From NCBI GenBank assembly GCA_964016885.1, contig OZ024740.1:421538001-421602000 (forward strand): DNA of 64,000 nucleotides, in the 5' to 3' direction. The notes under the pieces are model-generated. The model was not told where the DNA came from. It made no database searches and saw nothing but the letters and a program-made list of their open reading frames with translations. Position numbers and translations under genes: made by a program. Every line of letters begins with the position of its first letter. Positions within the stretch are counted from its first letter, which is position 1. This DNA comes from Eledone cirrhosa (Eukaryota). Of this stretch, positions 1-13,544 are shown piece by piece.

Positions 1-3000
1 AGAGGATCCCTCAGGCATGCCAGGGACAAGACAGTCTTACTGGTGATCTACACTGACAGGGTTGAGAGGACCCCTCAGTCATGTCAGGGACAAGACAGTC
101 TTACTGGTGATCTACACTGACAGGGTTGAGAGGATCCCTCAGTCATGCCAGGGACAAGACAGCCTCCCTGGTGATCTACAATGACAGGGTTGAGAGGACC
201 CCTCAGTCATGTCAGGGACAAGACAGTCTTACTGGTGATCTACACTGACAGGGTTGAGAGGATCCCTCAGTCATGTCAGGGACAAGACAGTCTTACTGGT
301 GATCTACACTGACAGGGTTGAGAGGATCCCTCAGTCATGCCAGGGACAAGACAGCCTCCCTGGTGATCTACAATGACAGGGTTGAGAGGACCCCTCAGTC
401 ATGTCAAGGACAAGACAGTCTCCCTGGTGATCTACACTGACAGGGTTGAGAGGATCCCTCAGTCATGTCAAGGACTAGACAGTCTCCCTGGTGATCTACA
501 CTGACAGGGTTGAGAGGACCCCTCAGTCATGTCAGGGACAAGACAGTCTTACTGGTGATCTACACTGACAGGGTTGAGAGGATCCCTCAGTCATGTCAGG
601 GACAAGACAGTCTTACTGGTGATCTACACTGACAGGGTTGAGAGGACCCCCTCAATCATGCCAGGGACAAGACAGTCTTACTAGTGATCTACACTGACAG
701 GGTTGAGAGGACCCCTCAGGCATGTCAGGGACAAGACAGTCTTACTGGTGATCTACAATGACAGGGTTGAGAGGACCCCCTCAATCATGCCAGGGACAAG
801 ACAGTCTTACTAGTGATCTACACTGACAGGGTTGAGAGGACCCCTCAGGCATGTCAGGGACAAGACAGTCTTACTGGTGATCTACAATGACAGGGTTGAG
901 AGGACCCCCTCAATCATGCCAGGGACAAGACAGTCTTACTGGTGATCTACACTGACAGGGTTGAGAGGATCCCTCAGGCATGCCAGGGACAAGACAGCCT
1001 CCCTGGTGATCTACACTGACAGGGTTGAGAGGATCCCTCAGTCATGCCAGGGACAAGACAGTCTCACTGGTGATCTACACTGACAGGGTTGAGAGGATCC
1101 CTCAGTCATGCCAGGGACAAGACAGTCTTACTGGTGATCTACACTGACAGGGTTGAGAGGACCCCTCAGGCATGCCAGGGACAAAACAGCCTCCCTGGTG
1201 ATCTACACTGACAGGGTTGAGAGGATCCCTCAGTCATATCAGGGACAAGACAGTCTTACTGGTGATATACACTGACAGGGTTGAGAGGACCCCTCAGTCA
1301 TGTCAGGGACAAGACAGTCTTACTGGTGATCTACACTGACAGGGTTGAGAGGATCCCTCAGTCATGTCAGGGACAAGACAGTCTTACTGGTGATCTACAC
1401 TGACAGGGTTGAGAGGACCCCTCAGTCATGTCAGGGACAAGACAGTCTCCCTGGTGATCTACACTGACAGGGTTGAGAGGATCCCTCAGTCATGTCAGGG
1501 ACAAGACAGTCTCCCTGGTGATCTACACTGACAGGGTTGAGAGGATCCCTCAGTCATGTCAGGGACAAGACAGTCTTACTGGTGATCTACACTGACAGGG
1601 TTGAGAGGATCCCTCAGTCATGCCAGGGACAAGACAGTCTTACTGGTGATCTACACTGACAGGGTTGAGAGGATCCCTCAGTCATGTCAGGGACAAGACA
1701 GTCTTACTGGTGATCTACACTGACAGGGTTGAGAGGATCCCTCAGTCATGTCAGGGACAAGACAGTCTTACTGGTGATCTACACTGACAGGGTTGAGAGG
1801 ATCCCTCAGTCATGTCAGGGACAAGACAGTCTTACTGGTGATCTACACTGACAGGGTTGAGAGGATCCCTCAGTCATGTCAGGGACAAGACAGTCTCCCT
1901 GGTGATCTACACTGACAGGGTTGAGAGGATCCCTCAGTCATGTCAGGGACAAGACAGTCTCCCTGGTGATCTACACTGACAGGGTTGAGAGGATCCCTCA
2001 GTCATGTCAGGGACAAGACAGTCTTACTGGTGATCTACACTGACAGGGTTGAGAGGATCCCTCAGTCATGCCAGGGACAAGACAGTCTTACTGGTGATCT
2101 ACACTGACAGGGTTGAGAGGACCCCTCAGTCATGTCAGGGACAAGACAGTCTCCCTGGTGATCTACACTGACAGGGTTGAGAGGATGCCTCAGTCATGTC
2201 AGGGACAAGACAGTCTCCCTGGTGATCTACACTGACAGTTTTGAGAGGATCCCTCAGTCATGTCAGGGACAAGACAGTCTTACTGGTGATCTACACTGAC
2301 AGGGTTGAGAGGATCCCTCAGTCATGTCAGGGACAAGACAGTCTCACTGGTGATCTACACTGACAGGGTTGAGAGCATCCCTCAGTCATGTCAGGGACAA
2401 GACAGTCTCCCTGGTGATCTACACTGACAGGGTTGAGAGGATCCCTCAGTCATGCCAGGGACAAGACAGTCTCACTGGTGATCTACACTGACAGGGTTGA
2501 GAGGATCCCTCAGTCATGTCAGGGACAAGACAGTCTCCCTGATGATCTACACTGACAGGGTTGAGAGGATCCCTCATTCATGCCAGGGACAAGACAGTCT
2601 CCCTGGTGATCTACACTGACAGGGTTGAGAGGATCCCTCAGTCATGTCAGGGACAAGACAGTCTCCCTGGTGATCTACACTGACAGGGTTGAGAGGATCC
2701 CTCAGTCATGCCAGGGACAAGACAGTCTTACTGGTGATCTACACTGACAGGGTTGAGAGGATCCCTCAGGCATGCCAGGGACAAGACAGCCTCCCTGGTG
2801 ATCTACACTGACAGGGTTGAGAGGATCCCTCAGTCATGTCAGGGACAAGACAGTCTTACTGGTGATCTACACTGACAGGGTTGAGAGATCCCTCAGTCAT
2901 GCCATGGAGAAGACAGTCTTACTGGTGATCTACACTGACAGGGTTGAGAGGATCCCTCAGTCATGTCAGGGGACAAGACAGTCTCACTGGTGATCTACAC

Positions 3001-6000
3001 TGACAGGGTTGAGAGGATCCCTCAGTCATGTCAGGGACAAGACAGTCTTACTGGTGATCTACACTGACAGGGTTGAGAGGATCCCTCAGTCATGCCAGGG
3101 ACAAGACAGTCTCCCTGGTGATCTACACTGACAGGGTTGAGAGGATCCCTCAGTCATGTCAGGGGACAAGACAGTCTCACTGGTGATCTACACTGACAGG
3201 GCTGAGAGGATCCCTCAGTCATGTCAGGGACAAGACAGTCTCACTGGTGATCTACACTGACAGGGTTGAGAGGATCCCTCAGTCATGCCAGGGACAAGAC
3301 AGCCTCCCTGGTGATCTACACTGACAGGGTTGAGAGGACCCCTCAGTCATGTCAGGGACAAGACAGTCTTACTGGTGATCTACACTGACAGGGTTGAGAG
3401 GATCCCTCAGTCATGACAGTGACAAGACAGCCTCCCTGGTGATCTACAATGACAGGGTTGAGAGGACCCCTCAGTCATGTCAGGGACAAGACAGTCTTAC
3501 TGGTGATCTACACTGACAGGGTTGAGAGGACCCCTCAGTCATGTCAGGGACAAGACAGTCTTACTGGTGATCTACACTGACAGGGTTGAGAGGATCCCTC
3601 AGTCATGTCAAGGACAAGACAGTCTCCCTGGTGATCTACACTGACAGGGTTGAGAGGATCCCTCAGTCATGTCAGGGACAAGACAGTCTCACTGGTGATC
3701 TACACTGACAGGGTTGAGAGGACCCCTCAGTCATGTCAGGGACAAGACAGTCTTACTGGTGATCTACACTGACAGGGTTGAGAGGATCCCTCAGTCATGC
3801 CAGGGACAAGACAGCCTCCCTGGTGATCTACAATGACAGGGTTGAGAGGACCCCTCAGTCATGTCAGGGACAAGACAGTCTTACTGGTGATCTACACTGA
3901 CAGGGTTGAGAGGATCCCTCAGTCATGTCAGGGACAAGACAGTCTTACTGGTGATCTACACTGACAGGGTTGAGAGGATCCCTCAGTCATGCCAGGGACA
4001 AGACAGCCTCCCTGGTGATCTACACTGACAGGGTTGAGAGGACCCCTCAGTCATGTCAGGGACAAGACAGTCTTACTGGTGATCTACACTGACAGGGTTG
4101 AGAGGATCCCTCAGTCATGTCAGGGACAAGACAGTCTCACTGGTGATCTACACTGACAGGGTTGAGAGGATCCCTCAGTCATGTCAGGGACAAGACAGTC
4201 TTACTGGTGATCTACACTGACAGGGTTGAGAGGATCCCTCAGTCATGTCAGGGACAAGACAGTCTTACTGGTGATCTACACTGACAGGGTTGAGAGGATC
4301 CCTCAGTCATGTCAGGGACAAGACAGTCTTACTGGTGATCTACACTGACAGGGTTGAGAGGATCCCTCAGTCATGTCAGGGACAAGACAGTCTTACTGGT
4401 GATCTACACTGACAGGGTTGAGAGGATCCCTCAGTCATGTCAGGGACAAGACAGTCTTACTGGTGATCTACACTGACAGGGTTGAGAGGATCCCTCAGTC
4501 ATGCCAGGGACAAGACAGCCTCCCTGGTGATCTACACTGACAGGGTTGAGAGGACCCCTCAGTCATGTCAGGGACAAGACAGTCTTACTGGTGATCTACA
4601 CTGACAGGGTTGAGAGGATCCCTCAGTCATGTCAGGGACAAGACAGTCTCACTGGTGATCTACAATGACAGGGTTGAGAGGACCCCCTCAATCATGCCAG
4701 GGACAAGACAGTCTTACTGGTGATCTACACTGACAGGGTTGAGAGGACCCCTCAGGCATGTCAGGGACAAGACAGTCTTACTGGTGATCTACAATGACAG
4801 GGTTGAGAGGACCCCCTCAATCATGCCAGGGACAAGACAGTCTTACTGGTGATCTACACTGACAGGGTTGAGAGGATCCCTCAGGCATGCCAGGGACAAG
4901 ACAGCCTCCCTGGTGATCTACACTGACAGGGTTGAGAGGATCCCTCAGTCATGCCAGGGACAAGACAGTCTTACTGGTGATCTACACTGACAGGGTTGAG
5001 AGGACCCCTCAGGCATGTCAGGGACAAGACAGTCTTACTGGTGATCTACAATGACAGGGTTGAGAGGACCCCCTCAATCATGCCAGGGACAAGACAGTCT
5101 TACTGGTGATCTACACTGACAGGGTTGAGAGGATCCCTCAGGCATGCCAGGGACAAGACAGCCTCCCTGGTGATCTACACTGACAGGGTTGAGAGGATCC
5201 CTCAGTCATGCCAGGGACAAGACAGTCTTACTGGTGATCTACACTGACAGGGTTGAGAGGATCCCTCAGTCATGCCAGGGACAAGACAGTCTTACTGGTG
5301 ATCTACACTGACAGGGTTGAGAGGACCCCTCAGGCATGCCAGGGACAAAACAGCCTCCCTGGTGATCTACACTGACAGGGTTGAGAGGATCCCTCAGTCA
5401 TGTCAGGGACAAGACAGTCTTACTGGTGATATACACTGACAGGGTTGAGAGGACCCCTCAGTCATGTCAGGGACAAGACAGTCTTACTGGTGATCTACAC
5501 TGACAGGGTTGAGAGGATCCCTCAGTCATGTCAGGGACAAGACAGTCTTACTGGTGATCTACACTGACAGGGTTGAGAGGACCCCTCAGTCATGTCAGGG
5601 ACAAGACAGTCTCCCTGGTGATCTACACTGACAGGGTTGAGAGGATCCCTCAGTCATGTCAGGGACAAGACAGTCTCCCTGGTGATCTACACTGACAGGG
5701 TTGAGAGGATCCCTCAGTCATGTCAGGGACAAGACAGTCTTACTGGTGATCTACACTGACAGGGTTGAGAGGATCCCTCAGTCATGCCAGGGACAAGACA
5801 GTCTTACTGGTGATCTACACTGACAGGGTTGAGAGGATCCCTCAGTCATGTCAGGGACAAGACAGTCTTACTGGTGATCTACACTGACAGGGTTGAGAGG
5901 ATCCCTCAGTCATGTCAGGGACAAGACAGTCTTACTGGAGATCTACACTGACAGGGTTGAGAGGATCCCTCAGTCATGTCAGGGACAAGACAGTCTTACT

Positions 6001-9000
6001 GGTGATCTACACTGACAGGGTTGAGAGGATCCCTCAGTCATGTCAGGGACAAGACAGTCTCCCTGGTGATCTACACTGACAGGGTTGAGAGGATCCCTCA
6101 GTCATGTCAGGGACAAGACAGTCTCCCTGGTGATCTACACTGACAGGGTTGAGAGGATCCCTCAGTCATGTCAGGGACAAGACAGTCTTACTGGTGATCT
6201 ACACTGACAGGGTTGAGAGGATCCCTCAGTCATGCCAGGGACAAGACAGTCTTACTGGTGATCTACACTGACAGGGTTGAGAGGACCCCTCAGTCATGTC
6301 AGGGACAAGACAGTCTCCCTGGTGATCTACACTGACAGGGTTGAGAGGATGCCTCAGTCATGTCAGGGACAAGACAGTCTCCCTGGTGATCTACACTGAC
6401 AGTTTTGAGAGGATCCCTCAGTCATGTCAGGGACAAGACAGTCTTACTGGTGATCTACACTGACAGGGTTGAGAGGACCCCTCAGTCATGTCAGGGACAA
6501 GACAGTCTCCCTGGTGATCTACACTGACAGGGTTGAGAGGATGCCTCAGTCATGTCAGGGACAAGACAGTCTCCCTGGTGATCTACACTGACAGTTTTGA
6601 GAGGATCCCTCAGTCATGTCAGGGACAAGACAGTCTTACTGGTGATCTACACTGACAGGGTTGAGAGGATCCCTCAGTCATGCCAGGGACAAGACAGTCT
6701 CCCTGGTGATCTACACTGACAGGGTTGAGAGGATCCCTCAGTCATGTCAGGGACAAGACAGTCTCACTGGTGATCTACACTGACAGGGTTGAGAGGATCC
6801 CTCAGTCATGTCAGGGACAAGACAGTCTCCCTGGTGATCTACACTGACAGGGTTGAGAGGATCCCTCAGTCATGCCAGGGACAAGACAGTCTCACTGGTG
6901 ATCTACACTGACAGGGTTGAGAGGATCCCTCAGTCATGTCAGGGACAAGACAGTCTCCCTGATGATCTACACTGACAGGGTTGAGAGGATCCCTCAGTCA
7001 TGCCAGGGACAAGACAGTCTCCCTGGTGATCTACACTGACAGGGTTGAGAGGATCCCTCAGTCATGTCAGGGACAAGACAGTCTCCCTGGTGATCTACAC
7101 TGACAGGGTTGAGAGGATCCCTCAGTCATGCCAGGGACAAGACAGTCTTACTGGTGATCTACACTGACAGGGTTGAGAGGATCCCTCAGGCATGCCAGGG
7201 ACAAGACAGCCTCCCTGGTGATCTACACTGACAGGGTTGAGAGGATCCCTCAGTCATGTCAGGGACAAGACAGTCTTACTGGTGATCTACACTGACAGGG
7301 TTGAGAGATCCCTCAGTCATGCCAGGGAGAAGACAGTCTTACTGGTGATCTACACTGACAGGGTTGAGAGGATCCCTCAGTCATGTCAGGGGACAAGACA
7401 GTCTCACTGGTGATCTACACTGACAGGGTTGAGAGGATCCCTCAGTCATGTCAGGGACAAGACAGTCTTACTGGTGATCTACACTGACAGGGTTGAGAGG
7501 ATCCCTCAGTCATGCCAGGGACAAGACAGTCTCCCTGGTGATCTACACTGACAGGGTTGAGAGGATCCCTCAGTCATGTCAGGGGACAAGACAGTCTCAC
7601 TGGTGATCTACACTGACAGGGCTGAGAGGATCCCTCAGTCATGTCAGGGACAAGACAGTCTCACTGGTGATCTACACTGACAGGGTTGAGAGGACCCCTC
7701 AGTCATGTCAGGGACAAGACAGTCTCCCTGGTGATCTACACTGACAGGGTTGAGAGGATCCCTCAGTCATGTCAGGGACAAGACAGTCTCCCTGGTGATC
7801 TACACTGACAGGGTTGAGAGGATCCCTCAGTCATGTCAGGGACAAGACAGTCTTACTGGTGATCTACACTGACAGGGTTGAGAGGATCCCTCAGTCATGC
7901 CAGGGAGAAGACAGTCTTACTGGTGATCTACACTGACAGGGTTGAGAGGATCCCTCAGTCATGTCAGGGACAAGACAGTCTCCCTGGTGATCTACACTGA
8001 CAGGGTTGAGAGGATCCCTCAGTCATGTCAGGGACAAGACAGTCTCCCGGGTGATCTACACTGACAGGGTTGAGAGAATCCCTCAGTCATGTCAGGGACA
8101 AGACAGTCTTACTGGTGATCTACACTGACAGGGTTGAGAGGATCCCTCAGTCATGCCAGGGAGAAGACAGTCTTACTGGTGATCTACACTGACAGGGTTG
8201 AGAGGATCCCTCAGTCATGTCAGGGACAAGACAGTCTCCCTGGTGATCTACACTGACAGGGTTGAGAGGATCCCTCAGTCATGTCAGGGACAAGACAGTC
8301 TTACTGGTGATCTACACTGACAGGGTTGAGAGGATCCCTCAGTCATGTCAGGGACAAGACAGTCTCCCTGGTGATCTACACTGACAGGGTTGAGAGGATC
8401 CCTCAGTCATGTCAGGGACAAGACAGTCTTACTGGTGATCTACACTGACAGGGTTGAGAGGACCCCTCAGTCATGTCAGGGACAAGACAGTCTTACTGGT
8501 GATCTACACTGACAGGGTTGAGAGGATCCCTCAGTCATGCCAGGGACAAGACAGTCTCCCTGGTGATCTACACTGACAGGGTTGAGAGGATCCCTCAGTC
8601 ATGTCAAGGACTAGACAGTCTCCCTGGTGATCTACACTGACAGGGTTGAGAGGATCCCTCAGTCATGTCAGGGACAAGACAGTCTTACTGGTGATCTACA
8701 CTGACAGGGTTGAGAGGATCCCTCAGTCATGCCAGGGACAAGACAGTCTCCCTGGTGATCTACACTGACAGGGTTGAGAGGATCCCTCAGTCATGTCAAG
8801 GACTAGACAGTCTCCCTGGTGATCTACACTGACAGGGTTGAGAGGATCCCTCAGTCATGTCAGGGACAAGACAGTCTTACTGGTGATCTACACTGACAGG
8901 GTTGAGAGGATCCCTCAGTCATGTCAGGGACAAGACAGTCTTACTGGTGATCTACACTGACAGGGTTGAGAGGATCCCTCAGTCATGTCAAGGACAAGAC

Positions 9001-11251
9001 AGTCTTACTGGTGATCTACACTGACAGGGTTGAGAGGATCCCTCAGTCATGCCAGCGACAAGACAGTCTTACTGGTGATCTACACTGACAGGGTTGAGAG
9101 GATCCCTCAGTCATGTCAGGGACAAGACAGTCTCCCTGGTGATCTACACTGACAGGGTTGAGAGGATCCCTCAGTCATGTCAGGGACAAGACAGTCTTAC
9201 TGGTGATCTACACTGACAGGGTTGAGAGGACCCCTCAGTCATGTCAAGGACAAGACAGTCTCCCTGGTGATCTACACTGACAGGGTTGAGAGGATCCCTC
9301 AGTCATGCCAGCGACAAGACAGTCTTACTGGTGATCTACACTGACAGGGTTGAGAGGATCCCTCAGTCATGTCTGGGACAAGACAGTCTCCCTGGTGATC
9401 TACACTGACAGGGTTGTGAGGACCCCTCAGTCATGTCAGGGACAAGACAGTCTTACTGGTGATCTACACTGACAGGGTTGAGAGGATCCCTCAGTCATGC
9501 CAGCGACAAGACAGTCTCCCTGGTGATCTACACTGACAGGGTTGAGAGGATCCCTCAGTCATGTCAGGGACAAGACAGTCTCCCTGGTGATCTACACTGA
9601 CAGGGTTGTGAGGACCCCTCAGTCATGTCAGGGACAAGACAGTCTCACTGGTGATCTACACTGACAGGGTTGAGAGGATCCCTCAGTCATGTCTGGGACA
9701 AGACAGTCTCCCTGGTGATCTACACTGACAGGGTTGTGAGGACCCCTCAGTCATGTCAGGGACAAGACAGTCTCACTGGTGATCTACACTGACAGGGTTG
9801 AGAGGACCCCTCAGTCATGTCAGGGACAAGACAGTCTCACTGGTGATCTACACTGACAGGGTTGAGAGGATCCCTCAGTCATGTCAGGGGACAAGACAGT
9901 CTCACTGGTGATCTACACTGACAGGGTTGGGAGGATCCCTCAGTCATGTCAGGGACAAGACAGCCTCCCTGGTGATCTAGACTGACAGGGTTGAGAGGAC
10001 CCCTCAGGCATGTCAAGGACAAGACAGCCTCCCTGGTGATCTACACTGACAGGGTTGAGAGGACCCCTCAGTCATGTCAAGGACAAGACAGTCTCACTGG
10101 TAATCTACACTGACAGGGTTGAGAGGACGCCTCAGTCATGTCAAGGACAAGACAGCCTCCCTGGTGATCTACATTGACAGGGTTGTGAGGACCCCTCAGT
10201 CATGTCAAGGACAAGACAGCCTCCCCGGTGATCTAGACTGACAGGGTTGAGAGGACCCCTCAGGCATGCCAAGGACAAGACAGCCTCCCTGGTGATCTAC
10301 ACTGACAGGGTTGAGAGGACCCCTCAGTCATGTCAAGGACAAGACAGTCTCACTGGTAATCTACACTGACAGGGTTGAGAGGACCCCTCAGTCATGTCAA
10401 GGACAAGACAGCCTCCCTGGTGATCTACACTGACAGGGTTGAGAGGACCCCTCAGTCATGTCAAGGACAAGACAGTCTCACTGGTGATCTACACTGACAG
10501 GGTTGAGAGGATCCCTCAGTCATGTCAAGGACAAGACAGTCTTACTGGTGATCTACACGGACAGGGTTGAGAGGATCCCTCAGTCATGTCAGGGACAAGA
10601 CAGCCTCCCTGGTGATCTACACTGACAGGGTTGAGAGGATCCCTCAGTCATGTCAGGGACAAGACAGTCTCACTGGTGATCTACATTGACAGGGTTGTGA
10701 GGACCCCTCAGTCATGTCAGGGACAAGACAGTCTCCCTGGTGATCTACACTGACAGGGTTGAGAGGATCCCTCAGTCATGTCAAGGACAAGACAGTCTCA
10801 CTGGTAATCTACACTGACAGGGTTGAGAGGATCCCTCAGTCATGTCAAGGACAAGACAGTCTCCCTGGTGATCTACACTGACAGGGTTGAGAGGACCCCT
10901 CAGTCATGTCAAGGACAAGACAGTCTCACTGGTGATCTACACTGACAGGGTTGAGAGGACCCCTCAGTCATGTCAAGGACAAGACAGCCTCCCTGGTGAT
11001 CTACACTGACAGGGTTGAGAGGACCCCTCAGTCATGTCAAGGACAAGACAGTCTCCCTGGTGATCTACACTGACAGGGTTGAGAGGATCCCTCAGTCATG
11101 TCAAGGACAAGACAGTCTCCCTGGTGATCTATACTGACAGGGTTGAGAGGACCCCTCAGTCATGTCAGGGACAAGACAGTCTCCCTGGTGATCTACACTG
11201 ACAGGGTTGAGAGGACCCCTCAGTCATGTCAGGGACAAGACAGCCTCTCTA
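1..11251. repeat. 64-bp tandem satellite (~175 copies, open at window start) in WDR19 intron 4
   Basis: Unit AGAGGATCCCTCAGTCATGTCAGGGACAAGACAGTCTTACTGGTGATCTACACTGACAGGGTTG restarts at positions 1, 65, etc. and runs into SINE-like sequence at ~11251. Confidence 0.98.
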
Positions 11252-11565
11252 GTGTTGGGGATCTACACAATTAATACACCCAATGTTGTAAAGTGGTTGG
11301 TGATAGGAAGGGCCTTCAGACATAGAAAGCTTGCCAAACAAAGGGTTGGGAGGCCCCTTCAGTTGTATCGAAGATATGATAACCTTCCCAGTATTTGGTG
11401 ATCTACATGATAGATACACCCAGTACACTCTGTAAAGTGGTTGGTGATAGGAAGGGTCTCCAGCGATAGATAGCTTGCTCAACAAAGGGTGTCTGGTTGT
11501 AAAAGACTTTCTCAAAACAACATCTCCAACTTAAGCACAGAAAAGTAGACATAAAGACTATGATA
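11252..11565 (+). mobile_element. Degenerate copies of the RTE-tailed SINE-like family, contiguous with the satellite
   Basis: Two GTAAAGTGGTTGGTGATAGGAAGGG motifs and a decayed GGACATAAA...ATGAT-type tail, matching the family at 14378, 27095 and 29745. Confidence 0.6.
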
Positions 11566-12301
11566 ATCCTTTGTTGGTTTTGTGTATGTTTTCACACAAA
11601 TACACACTATGTAAGCTTCAACTTCCTTTTACCAAGATGTTTTATAAGTCTGCTACCATTATTACTAAGACAATCATGTCAATCTTCTACACACTCCCAA
11701 TATTACTACGAAAATCACTGTTATTTACGGTACAATTACTATTACCACCTTTACTGTTATATCATCATCATTGTTTTTACGTCCATTTTTCCATGCTTGC
11801 ATGGGTTGGACAGGTCTTTCTTGGCATGGCATCTCTCCACTCCATACTCTCTTTTATCATCTATTTTCTGTTACTATTACAACATAATTATTATTACACT
11901 GCAACTGTAAATGTGGTTGGCATTAGGAAGCACATCCAGCTGTAGAAATCAAGCCTGAAACAGCTCTGTATGATCAAGACACAGCCATCTGATCTGACTT
12001 GTCTCACAACAAGACAACCAACAAAATAAGACTTTTGATCAGTTTGACAATCGCCACCAACGAATGCGAGAAAGTTCTCCAGAAAGTTAACCAGGATTTT
12101 AAAAAGCTTTCCACCAAAGTTAACAAAGGACTTATTAGATCTATATAGAAAAATTGTAAAATTATAAATTTTCCAATATATATATATATATGTATCATCA
12201 TCATCATCATCATCGTTTAACGTCCATCTTCCACGCTTGCATGGGTTTGGACTATGTATGTATGTGTTTATCTGTGTATAAATATATATATGAATACTCA
12301 C

Positions 12302-12427
12302 TTGAGTCCACTATCAATAGTCTTCATTTCATTAGAGTGAGACATCCACAGATATATAGTACTGGCTTTATCACATCCGATAGCAAGGACATCTCCATCA
12401 CGGTCCCAATCCATTCCACTACACTGG
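12302..12427 (-). CDS. WDR19: WDR19/IFT144 coding exon 4 (126 bp)
   Basis: ttgttag|C CAG TGT...CTC AA|gtgagt; encodes QCSGMDWDRDGDVLAIGCDKASTIYLWMSHSNEMKTIDSGLK, matching recalled human [42 protein letters not shown]; phases join exon 3. Confidence 0.93.
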
Positions 12428-12483
12428 CTAACAATTATAGTAAACAACTCAATAGACAAGGAAATCAAATTATTCTATTTTCT

Positions 12484-12697
12484 TTGTGTGTGTGTTTGTG
12501 TGTATGTGTGTGTGTATGTCCGTTTGTGTTTGTATGTGTATGTGGTTGCATGTGTGTGTTTGTGTATATGTATGTGTATGTTTGTGTGTATGTATGTGGT
12601 TGCATGTGTGTGTTTGTGTGTGTGTTTGTGCATGTGTGTGTTTGTGTATGTTTGCATGTGTGTGCGTGTGTGTATGTGTGCATGTGTGTGTGTGTTT
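12484..12697. repeat. Compound (TG)n/(TGTA)n microsatellite
   Basis: Directly visible; source of several spurious ORFs. Confidence 0.95.
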
Positions 12698-12869
12698 AAA
12701 ACAAATTAGATTATTATAATTTTCTTTGTGTGTATGTGTTTGTTTTGAGGTTGAAGAAAACTGGGAAGCTGAGACATTTATGCCTCTTCCAAACACCTTC
12801 TGCAGTAATGGCTCCTCAACAGCCAAAACATATTACTGAGAGAAGGCATTCTTGATGCACCAAGTGTAA

Positions 12870-13275
12870 TAATTGTTTCTACATTTGGCACAAGGCCAGC
12901 AATTATCGCAGTGCATTACTGGTACTTTATTTTATCGACCCCGTAAGGATGAAAGGCAAAGTTAACCTCGACGGGATTTGAACTCAGACCATAAAGGGAC
13001 GTAACTCTTTGCTGCAAAGCATGGCGTCCGACGCTCTACCGATACTGCCAATCCACCGTGTAATAATGATTTCTAATTTAGGCACAAGACCAGCAATATT
13101 TGGTGGGAGGGCAAAGTTGATTATATCAACTTGACTGATACTTTATTTTATCAACCCTGGAAGAAGCAAAGATAAAGTTAACCTTGGTAGGATTTGAACT
13201 CAGAATGTAAAGAACCAGAAGAAATACTGCAAAAGCATATTATCCAACACTCTACCAATTCTGCCAATCCAGCAC
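12870..13275 (-). mobile_element. Two tandem tRNA-derived SINE copies (family with GCCTTTCATCCTTACGGGGTCGATAAAATAAAGTACCAG core)
   Basis: Minus strand reads GGTGGATTGGCAGTATCGGTAGAGCG (A-box-like)...GAGTTCAAATCCC (B-box), then a conserved core and CCTTGTGCCAAATGTAGAAACAATT tail; further copies at 23768, 24010, 25185, 26555 and 27878. Confidence 0.85.
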
Positions 13276-13339
13276 CCTATATCAAATGTAATAATAGTTT
13301 TTGATTTAGGCACAAGGCCAACAATTTCGAGGCCACGAT

Positions 13340-13520
13340 AAAAAGCACCCAGTCCACCATAGTGCTGGTACCACATCAAAAATCCCCCAGTCCATCCTGT
13401 AAGGTGGTAGTGCTGGTACCACATCAAAATCACCCAGTCCACTATGTAAGGTGGTAGTGCTGGTACCACATCAAAAATCACCCAGTCCACTATGTAAGGT
13501 GATCATACTGGGGCCACAAC
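13340..13520. repeat. ~47-bp minisatellite (3-4 copies) derived from the SINE internal repeat
   Basis: GTAGTGCTGGTACCACATCAAAAATCACCCAGTCCACTATGTAAGGTG repeated. Confidence 0.75.
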
Positions 13521-13544
13521 AAGAAGATGTAGGGAACTCAGACA

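Noticed and set aside
1-11251. CRISPR-like array interpretation of the 64-bp or 28-bp repeats
   Set aside because: No unique spacers, head-to-tail monomers only, no cas genes, and the context is eukaryotic introns.
12004-12160. DLISPLLTLVESFL as WDR19 exon 5
   Set aside because: Only superficial similarity; no LAVGT.KGNL motif and no compatible phase or donor. Exon 5 probably lies beyond the satellite.
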